From sequence record PV472050.1: a DNA stretch of 64,000 nucleotides; one strand, written 5' to 3'. The position numbers and the translations under genes were made by a program. The notes beneath the pieces are model-generated. The model was not told where the DNA came from. It was given only the letters and a program-made list of their open reading frames with translations, and ran no database searches. Of this stretch, positions 39,128-46,602 are shown piece by piece. Positions within the stretch are counted from its first letter, which is position 1; the number at the start of each line of letters is the position of its first letter.

Positions 39128-40564
39128 ATGCACGAAACCAATGAACTGAACAAACTGTACGAAGCGATGTGTTTGTCGTGGGGGGCGCAGGTTAAGGAAC
39201 AGGGACGACTCGTCTTTATGATCGATGGGGAAGAATTCCCACTCCGTATTGATGGGATGACCCTCCACCTGCCGCTGAGCGAAGTCCTGGATGGGAACTG
39301 CGTGGATAAGGTCTTCTTCCACCCGGCCTGTGAAAACATCGTGTCGAAAGAAACGGAAGTGTTCAAGATCATCCGGCGGATGACCTGTATGAAACTGCTG
39401 GATACCTTCCGTCGTATTCCGATGGTGTTGTTCACCGTCGCCGGCCATAAGCCCAAGAGTACCTGGAACCAACGTATCCATGACATGCTGGAACCCCTTA
39501 AAGGTGCCAAGCGTGCGGTACGGGATGAACTCAATGCGTTGTTCAGCCGTATGCATGTGGAAGTGGAAGAGAATGGGTTGGATAACCGTTTCATTCACTT
39601 CAAGGTATCTAAGGGTGGCGGTACCAGCAAGACCACGGGTCAACGGATCTATTACAAGACCCGCCCGGAGTTTCCGTTCTATACGGAAATCGTTCGTCGT
39701 CTGGCACGTTCAGATGGTCAATCGGATAACCAGACCATTGAAATCAATAACCACACGGTCTCCAGAGCAGCACTTCGTCTGGCCGCCCATATCTTCCAGA
39801 ACGTCCTCCCGGCGGTGAACAGTCCCGGTGACTATGAGTTTGAATCGACTTCCCCGGTGGCGTCTCGTCTAGTGTCCTACATGGGGTGCTATGCGGAAAT
39901 CGCGGATCAATTGAATAAGATCCAGAATACCTTCCGATCTGATTTCGATAAAGTCGGGTTGTACCCGATTGATCTGAGCTGGACGGAACGCCTGGAAGAA
40001 CTGCCAGATATCTATCGTCAAGTCCCGGTACTGGATTACAACAGCCACAACACCCATGATGAAGTCCAGCATCAAGCAGTGAGTCGGAATGACATGGGTG
40101 GTCTGCTGTCGGTTACCAGTACCAACCAACAGGGTGTTTCTCAACATCAATCCCAACAGCAGCACGTTGCCGGAATGAACGGGGACTATGACGTATCACC
40201 TCCGCAGATGCAAGCGGGTGACCGGTATGTCCGTACTGAGATCGATTATGTCGGTCAGCGTGTCCTCCACCATGCGGTTAACCAAACCACCAATAACCCG
40301 GTCGTCTACATCTGTAGTCGTAAAGGGAACTTCCTGCAACGCTCTGAAACCAACATGATGCTTCAGCAAATGGGTATGTTGGGTGGGATGGGTGGTATGA
40401 TGGGTGGAACGATGCTGGCCAATGGGATGGTTCAACTGCCGAACGGTATGATCGTGAATCCGCAGATGATGGGGGGTGTTTCGATGCCTACACCTACCGC
40501 CGCGCCGAGTGTATATCCGGATGCTGGTATGGGGTTTGACCTGGGAGCCCCAGGTATCTTCTAA
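39128..40564 (+). CDS. conserved phiKZ-like protein (gp70 position) with Gln/Gly/Met-rich C-terminal tail
   Basis: AGAGGA SD; tail MMLQQMGMLGGMGGMMGGTM...GMGFDLGAPGIF. Confidence 0.7.
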   Translation: MHETNELNKLYEAMCLSWGAQVKEQGRLVFMIDGEEFPLRIDGMTLHLPLSEVLDGNCVDKVFFHPACENIVSKETEVFKIIRRMTCMKLLDTFRRIPMVLFTVAGHKPKSTWNQRIHDMLEPLKGAKRAVRDELNALFSRMHVEVEENGLDNRFIHFKVSKGGGTSKTTGQRIYYKTRPEFPFYTEIVRRLARSDGQSDNQTIEINNHTVSRAALRLAAHIFQNVLPAVNSPGDYEFESTSPVASRLVSYMGCYAEIADQLNKIQNTFRSDFDKVGLYPIDLSWTERLEELPDIYRQVPVLDYNSHNTHDEVQHQAVSRNDMGGLLSVTSTNQQGVSQHQSQQQHVAGMNGDYDVSPPQMQAGDRYVRTEIDYVGQRVLHHAVNQTTNNPVVYICSRKGNFLQRSETNMMLQQMGMLGGMGGMMGGTMLANGMVQLPNGMIVNPQMMGGVSMPTPTAAPSVYPDAGMGFDLGAPGIF

Positions 40565-40580
40565 GCAACCATAACCTTAC

Positions 40581-40612
40581 CAGTACCTAGCGGGATATCC
40601 CGCTAGGTACTG
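40581..40612. terminator. bidirectional terminator
   Basis: 14-bp perfect stem CAGTACCTAGCGGG/CCCGCTAGGTACTG between convergent genes. Confidence 0.75.
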
Positions 40613-40639
40613 TATTTTCTCTATTTTATTCCAGTATTT

Positions 40640-40969
40640 TTACGCTTGGGTCGTATTACTACGTGCAACGGCCTGGGTCAAATGGGCCTCGTCAATTATC
40701 TTGTAACTTTGCATGCCCGCACAATCCATAAAGGGATCTTCAATCCCATTCAGATAGGCGGTGACCCACAGCATATGGTTTTCAACCCCTTGAACCCTCA
40801 GGAACCGATAGAAGTCATACCGATAGGCATACAGTTGTGCGTGAGAGACGATTGGAATCTCCTGGGTTTGACGGAGGAGTATTTCCCGTTCGGACCGCAC
40901 CAAGACTTTGAACCGTTCAGTAAAGAAGAAATCACGTCCTTCACTGAAGTTAACAATAGACAGTGGCAT
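40640..40969 (-). CDS. LysM-like baseplate protein (T4 gp53/P2 gpX-like), tentative
   Basis: AAGGA SD 8 nt upstream; LWVTAYLNGIEDPF matches the W-x-I-x-x-x-N-x-I-x-D-P pattern. Confidence 0.5.
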   Translation of the reverse strand: MPLSIVNFSEGRDFFFTERFKVLVRSEREILLRQTQEIPIVSHAQLYAYRYDFYRFLRVQGVENHMLWVTAYLNGIEDPFMDCAGMQSYKIIDEAHLTQAVARSNTTQA

Positions 40970-40999
40970 GGAGAAGATCCTTATCGATGCAGCTAACCA

Positions 41000-41017
41000 T
41001 TTTTGAACCTATATTAT
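41000..41017 (+). promoter_or_regulatory. phage promoter-like motif
   Basis: TTTTTGAACCTATATTAT. Confidence 0.6.
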
Positions 41018-41081
41018 TTCAGGAATGAGGTTAAAACTCGTCTTTATTGAAAAGACTGCTGTTGACTGTAATGGAGCCGTT

Positions 41082-43388
41082 ATGAGTAAAGAAAAATTGA
41101 ATCAGGACCTGAAAGGTGTAAGTAGTGAGATCCGTGCCGCACTGGGTGCAGAGGATACGGATCTTACCCCTGACAGTGCAGCGGGTCAATTCCTCCAGGA
41201 AGTCCGTTACAAGTATCCCTGCGGGGAGAATCAAATCCATCCTGCGTTAGTGGGTGTCAGCAGTAACCTGATTCTCTTCCCGCACGAAGCCTCCGCGGGT
41301 CGTCTCTATATGGCGGGTAACATGATCCCTAAATCCGTGCCGACCGAAGGAGCGGGTGAACGGATGATGGTAACCGGGTACGAATTTGAGGAACATTACG
41401 GTGGAACGGCTCGTAAGGTCGAAGCCCCTGCGAATATGCTGGTGGAAGAGATCTTCTTCGTTCAGAGTCTGGTTCCGGGTAAGGATACGGATGACTGGAA
41501 TTCGATTTACGTGGTCTTTAAGAACGACGAACAGAACGCCTACGACCTTCTGGAGCTGCCTCGGTATAATACCCATAACCACTACGTTGGGTTCGAATAT
41601 AAATACGATAAAGAGAAACTCCGTAAGCTCCGTAAAGGTGCCACTTTCGCTAAAGGGACCGTCTTCGCTAAGAGTCCCCGTATCAGTGAGAATGGGGAAT
41701 GGTGTTTTGCAATGCCGACCTTGGTAGCCGCCTATTCGGACCAAAGGACTGAGGAGGATGGTGTGCTCATCACCCGTTCCTACGCGGAACGTTCGGCCTG
41801 TATGTTCAAGCACGAGTTCAGCTATGAATGGAATGAGGATGAATGGATTCCTCTGATGCTGTACGGAACGGACGAGAACCCCCAACCGCTCCCTGAGTCG
41901 GGTGATAACATCCGTGAGGATGGGATCGTCATGGGCTTCCGTCGCCGCATCAAAGAGAACGCGCTGGTTTCCCTGACCAAGAAGTCCCTACGAGAACCAG
42001 ATCTGGTGTACGACAAGTTGTTCTACGCACCTGTGGATGCGGTTGTGATGTCAGTCACTGTTCGGTCGGATCGGATGAAGAACCGGTCCAATAACCGGGG
42101 TACGGATTACATCGAACAACACCACAATGCCATGCTGGACCGCTATGAGAAACGCCAGAATGAAATGTGGAACAATGTGATCCGGTGGTACGAAGGGAAG
42201 ATCGCTGCCAACCGCGGGGAAGACATCCCCATTACCTTTGACCTCGATACCTTCATTCGGAACGCGTATGGTAACTATACCCGCAATGGGTTGGGTCGTA
42301 TTAACCCGTTGGCCCGAGTGGAACGGTGGGATAAGCTGAAAGATTGGAACGTGACCATCGAACTGAAGGAACGGGTTAAAGGTCGTGTTAAATTCAAGTA
42401 CGCGGGTTTGAACGGTGACAAAGGGGTGTGTGTACGAGTCATTGAAGACGACGAAGCCCCAACCTATCCGGACGGGACTCGGGCGGAGTTCATTAAAGAT
42501 AACGTACCAGCGTTCCGTCGCCAGATCTTTTCGTTGCTCATGGAACTGAGTATCAACTATGTGAACATGAACGTTCAACGGGAAGTCAGACACCTACGGC
42601 TACAAGGGGATTATGAAGGCGCTTTCCAGGCGTTGATGACGTTCTATGAAACCGGTTTCCCTGAATTCAGTGAATTGGTTGCTCATGCGTTGGTTACGGA
42701 GGAGGAGAAACGTGAGCACGTCGACGATGTCTGTCGCCGGAAGATTTCCGTGCATGTGGTCAGTAACACGAAGTTGTATGGCGTGAACCTGATCAACGCC
42801 CTGCGTCGTCAATACCCGTATAAGCCGCAGAAAGCCATTATCGTGAACGCACTGGGGGAACGGGTGGAAACCGAGAACCCTATCCTTATCAGCTGTCAGG
42901 ACATTATGCTCCTGGATAAGTTTGGTACGGACATGAGCGCGCAGAGTATGCCGAAGGCTAACCTCTTTGGTATGCCAGCGAAGATGAACGAAGGCAGTAA
43001 ATACGCCACCCCCATGAAAGACAGCAATAACAAGAATACCGGTGAAACCGAAGGCCGGTTGCAAGTCAGTCATGCGGGCGGGCAGGAAATGATCAAGCAA
43101 CTGGCTCTGGCGTATTCCCCCGAGAACCAGAAGAAAGCCTCCCAACGGGTTATTCGTGCGGATGATCCGTTTGAGATTCCTCGGTTGATTAAACCGGAGG
43201 AGTATTTGGGGAATCGGGCGTTGAAAATGGCGGTGGGAATGTTGTCGGATTCGGGTTATCGACTGCGAGCTGAACTACCCAGTGATCGTCGGGAATATCC
43301 AACCTTTAACATGGATGAAATCCCAGGGTTAGATGACGAGACCTTGAAGCAGCTTCAGTCATACGAGAAACCCACTCAAGAACCTTAA
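41082..43388 (+). CDS. non-virion RNA polymerase beta C-terminal subunit (phiKZ gp71-73-like, uninterrupted here)
   Basis: KYAGLNGDKGVC (RHGNKG-like) and GETEGR (GEME-like) motifs; ATG 41082 with GGAG. Confidence 0.88.
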   Translation: MSKEKLNQDLKGVSSEIRAALGAEDTDLTPDSAAGQFLQEVRYKYPCGENQIHPALVGVSSNLILFPHEASAGRLYMAGNMIPKSVPTEGAGERMMVTGYEFEEHYGGTARKVEAPANMLVEEIFFVQSLVPGKDTDDWNSIYVVFKNDEQNAYDLLELPRYNTHNHYVGFEYKYDKEKLRKLRKGATFAKGTVFAKSPRISENGEWCFAMPTLVAAYSDQRTEEDGVLITRSYAERSACMFKHEFSYEWNEDEWIPLMLYGTDENPQPLPESGDNIREDGIVMGFRRRIKENALVSLTKKSLREPDLVYDKLFYAPVDAVVMSVTVRSDRMKNRSNNRGTDYIEQHHNAMLDRYEKRQNEMWNNVIRWYEGKIAANRGEDIPITFDLDTFIRNAYGNYTRNGLGRINPLARVERWDKLKDWNVTIELKERVKGRVKFKYAGLNGDKGVCVRVIEDDEAPTYPDGTRAEFIKDNVPAFRRQIFSLLMELSINYVNMNVQREVRHLRLQGDYEGAFQALMTFYETGFPEFSELVAHALVTEEEKREHVDDVCRRKISVHVVSNTKLYGVNLINALRRQYPYKPQKAIIVNALGERVETENPILISCQDIMLLDKFGTDMSAQSMPKANLFGMPAKMNEGSKYATPMKDSNNKNTGETEGRLQVSHAGGQEMIKQLALAYSPENQKKASQRVIRADDPFEIPRLIKPEEYLGNRALKMAVGMLSDSGYRLRAELPSDRREYPTFNMDEIPGLDDETLKQLQSYEKPTQEP

Positions 43389-43427
43389 CCCCATGATAGA
43401 CTCACGGTATGGAGAGGAATGTAACTC

Positions 43428-44693
43428 ATGGTAATGAAGATCAAACTCCGTGAATGGGCTAATTTACCAGAAGAAACTGTTCTCCGTTGGTTAAATACCC
43501 GTCGGTGGGTGGAGGTCACGGATGACCTGGACCAAGTCGCTCTAACGGATACCTACGCTCTGATCATTACCTGGCATGGAATGATCATCCACCGGCATTA
43601 TAACGATGTTCCCTATTCCATTAAGGAGATGGTACCCAGTAACAAGGTGGAAGGGGCTGAAGACACCGTCTATAACGATGGAACCAACGCGACGCCTATT
43701 AACCAGTTCTTAAAGGTCATTCTTCCTACGATTATTGACCCGGTGGAAGTGGACGGGATTAAACGGCTTATTCATATCTGGCAGAATAAGCTAAATAACC
43801 TGCTGGTGGTGATGAGTGAACGTTACGTTATTTCAGCCACCGCTGAATCCGTAGCGGAGTTCATGGAAGATGAAGGGATCTCTGGAATACGGGACCGTGT
43901 CCTGAGCAAGGAGATTTCAATTGATGAGGGTGAGCGGGAGTTTGCGGATTATGTCCGGACCGCTCATTCCATTGCCAACAACACCCTCACCCTGCTGTCG
44001 CGTACGGGCGGGGTGGCCATTAACCAGGCGTATCAGAAGACGATCATCCGGGGTAAGGTCTTTGACCTGAACAACTCGATCATGCCGAATGCGATTACGG
44101 TTCCGTATGCGCATGGGATTACCAACCTGGCTGATATGCTGGGTGAACGGAATGCAGCAGGTAAAGCCGGAGTTTTGTCTTCAAAGATAAAAATCCCTGG
44201 TGGATGGAAGACCATGGGTAACATCCGGGTGGGTGATGAAGTCGTTACACCCGATGGAGGTACCGCTAAGGTGCTGGCAGTTCACCCACAAGGTGTAACC
44301 AAGGTTGTACGGGTGCACTTCAAAGACGGTCGATATACTGACGTTAGTCCAGATCACCTGTGGAAGGTTAGACGTCATCATTGGTGCAACGATAAAGCCA
44401 TGGCTAAACTCACTCGGGAGGAAGTGGAAGAACGTGTATGGCGAGTCATCACCACCAATGAGTTGAAAGACTATATTGGTCTGTCAACTAAGGTATACGT
44501 CCAACTGATTGAACCTGAAAGAAATGCCGATAAACCCTTCAAAATTCACCCGTATGTGCTCGGTGTCTTGTTGGGGGATGGATGCATTAGTCAAAAGGCT
44601 GTGGATATCACCAAACCTTATCAACAGCTATTCGATAAGGTCCAATCGCTATTGCCAGAACATTTGGAATGTGTTTGGCGGACGCAATGGTGA
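43428..44693 (+). CDS. non-virion RNAP beta' C-terminal subunit (phiKZ gp74-like): N-extein plus intein N-half
   Basis: extein ends GERNAAGK; intein blocks A, B and C follow; frame ends at TGA 44691. Confidence 0.82.
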   Translation: MVMKIKLREWANLPEETVLRWLNTRRWVEVTDDLDQVALTDTYALIITWHGMIIHRHYNDVPYSIKEMVPSNKVEGAEDTVYNDGTNATPINQFLKVILPTIIDPVEVDGIKRLIHIWQNKLNNLLVVMSERYVISATAESVAEFMEDEGISGIRDRVLSKEISIDEGEREFADYVRTAHSIANNTLTLLSRTGGVAINQAYQKTIIRGKVFDLNNSIMPNAITVPYAHGITNLADMLGERNAAGKAGVLSSKIKIPGGWKTMGNIRVGDEVVTPDGGTAKVLAVHPQGVTKVVRVHFKDGRYTDVSPDHLWKVRRHHWCNDKAMAKLTREEVEERVWRVITTNELKDYIGLSTKVYVQLIEPERNADKPFKIHPYVLGVLLGDGCISQKAVDITKPYQQLFDKVQSLLPEHLECVWRTQW

Positions 44694-45258
44694 TAAAGAA
44701 CCTAAAACGTTTGCGATCCGTTTTAAAGATCATGTAGGAGGGCCGCTCAACAAATGGCATATCCGTGATGGCCTGAAGGAACTGGGCTTGTATGGAACGC
44801 GGTCGTGGGAAAAAGTCATTCCCGAAGAATATCTTCACGGATCGGCTAAACAACGTTTGGAGCTCCTCCAAGGACTGTTGGACACAGACGGAACTGTGGA
44901 CAAACACAAATCGGTTAGCTTTAGCTCTTCGTCTAAGTTACTCTCCCTCGGAGTGCAATACTTGGTCAGAAGCCTAGGGGGGATGGCACGTCTCCAAGAA
45001 CGTACTCCCCACTACACCCACAATGGAGAAAAAAGGGAAGGTCGTACGGACTATCGGGTTTATATCCGATACCCTCGACCAGAAGAACTCTTCACCCTAG
45101 ACCACAAACGGGAACGTGCGGTCTCGCACCAGCATACGGAAACTCTGAGACTGCAAGTAACTCATATTGAAGAACGTCCTGATGAGGAGACACAATGCAT
45201 TACGATCGATCATCCTGATCATCTGTACATTACAGACGACTTCATTGTCACCCACAAC
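44166..45258 (+). mobile_element. class 3 intein (N-terminal Ala) with LAGLIDADG endonuclease, broken by a +1 frame change
   Basis: AGVLSSKIK, PDHLW, LGVLLGDG, LQGLLDTDG, TQCITI, IVTHN|S; span 1093 nt = 364 codons + 1. Confidence 0.88.
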
Positions 45259-46533
45259 AGCTTGACCAATAACGGCAAGGCCCTGAAATCATCGGAATGG
45301 TTCCACCGGAAGGTACATATCCTGTCCGCTGTGGTAGCGGATATCGATCATTTCACGGACTGTGGTACGACCACTACAGTGCCGATCCGAATTCCCAATA
45401 TGCAAGCGGCAATGGCACTGTTGGGTAAATTCAGGGTAACCGATACAGGAGAATTAGAACTCATTGATCAAACCACGGTGTGGTCAATTAAGCCAGGGGA
45501 GTGGGTTAATATTCGTAGTGTAGCCTTCTGTAATCACTACAATAACGCTTCACCCTGCCGGGTATGCTACGGGATGATGGCGAGCTCTATCCCGTATAAC
45601 GTGATGATGAAGAAAGGGGCTAATGTCGGGATGTGGTGTGCTACCTCGATCTGTAACCCCATCGGTCAGGGAATGCTCTCCACCAAGCATTTCATTCGGA
45701 ATGCAACGACCCGTAAGTTCGTTCCTGCGACTAAGGATAAGAACGTTATCTATTCCAATGGTGACGATATTTTCCTGACTAAGGAGCTCTGCGCACCAGG
45801 CACTGAATTGGTGCTCAAAGCCGATATTGTGAACATCCTCTCGGATATCCGTTCCTTGGATGTTCTGGACAACTTGAGCCTGGATAAACTCCCGTACTTC
45901 TCTGAAGTCACATTCCGCTATGAAGTCGAAGACATCATGATGGGGGGTAAGACCCTCCAGCAGCACGCGGCCTGTACCTCGGTGTCGTCTCGGAATGCCC
46001 GGTTCTCGTTGGAGTTCCTGAACTATCTCCTGAGTAAAGGTTGGGCGAACGAAGGTAAGAAACATATTACCGTTGATTTGAGTGAATGGAATACGCTCAG
46101 TCCTATCTTCACACTGCCGTATGTTCGTGAAGACTTGGACATGCACAGGGCTCGGGTAGAGAACTTCATCACGTTCAATAAACGCAATAACGCCTGGAGA
46201 CAGCAGATCGTTACACCCCGTCTCTTTGGTGAAGTCTTAGCGGAATACTGGGGGTTGATCAACCAGGAAACGAAAGGAATTAACATCATCCATCCTGAGG
46301 TCTTACTCTATTCCACGTTGTGTCGGGATCCCATGCGCGGGGATTATTCCCTGGCGAATGGTAATGGACCTAAGTATTTCGTGAACTTCCAGGAGTGTAT
46401 CAAAGGCAGAGGGGCGGGTATGCTAATGATCTACGAGAACCAGCAAAATGTGCTGAGCGATCCTAAGACATTCCGTGTGGTAAACCGTCAGGGGAGTCCG
46501 CTGGAGTGCTTCTTTAGCTTAGCGGTGAGTTGA
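44509..46533 (+). CDS. non-virion RNAP beta' C-terminal subunit: intein C-half plus C-extein (true 5' end uncertain)
   Basis: authentic sequence from about 44680; C-extein SLTNNGKALKSSEWFHRK, DCGT, CRVCYG, QGMLSTKH. Confidence 0.82.
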   Translation: MNLKEMPINPSKFTRMCSVSCWGMDALVKRLWISPNLINSYSIRSNRYCQNIWNVFGGRNGDKEPKTFAIRFKDHVGGPLNKWHIRDGLKELGLYGTRSWEKVIPEEYLHGSAKQRLELLQGLLDTDGTVDKHKSVSFSSSSKLLSLGVQYLVRSLGGMARLQERTPHYTHNGEKREGRTDYRVYIRYPRPEELFTLDHKRERAVSHQHTETLRLQVTHIEERPDEETQCITIDHPDHLYITDDFIVTHNSLTNNGKALKSSEWFHRKVHILSAVVADIDHFTDCGTTTTVPIRIPNMQAAMALLGKFRVTDTGELELIDQTTVWSIKPGEWVNIRSVAFCNHYNNASPCRVCYGMMASSIPYNVMMKKGANVGMWCATSICNPIGQGMLSTKHFIRNATTRKFVPATKDKNVIYSNGDDIFLTKELCAPGTELVLKADIVNILSDIRSLDVLDNLSLDKLPYFSEVTFRYEVEDIMMGGKTLQQHAACTSVSSRNARFSLEFLNYLLSKGWANEGKKHITVDLSEWNTLSPIFTLPYVREDLDMHRARVENFITFNKRNNAWRQQIVTPRLFGEVLAEYWGLINQETKGINIIHPEVLLYSTLCRDPMRGDYSLANGNGPKYFVNFQECIKGRGAGMLMIYENQQNVLSDPKTFRVVNRQGSPLECFFSLAVS

Positions 46534-46560
46534 GTGGGTGACCCCGTTCGTTAGTGTGGA

Positions 46561-46596
46561 CCTCTTAAGGGGGTCCTCGGAATCCCCCTTAAGAGG
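46561..46596 (+). promoter_or_regulatory. hairpin containing the helicase ribosome-binding site
   Basis: 13-bp perfect stem CCTCTTAAGGGGG/CCCCCTTAAGAGG; AAGAGG in the 3' arm 6 nt before ATG 46603. Confidence 0.5.
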
Positions 46597-46602
46597 TTGA
46601 TT

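Noticed and set aside
40646-40996. 116-aa plus-strand ORF
   Set aside because: The overlapping minus-strand ORF has an SD, a recognisable motif and a matching terminator.
41082-43388. Second group I intron in the RNAP beta gene, as in phiKZ gp71-73
   Set aside because: The ORF is continuous and no intron core or HNH gene is present.
44509-44670. N-terminal MNLKEMPINPS... of the 674-aa ORF
   Set aside because: Out-of-frame reading of intein block C encoded in the upstream frame.
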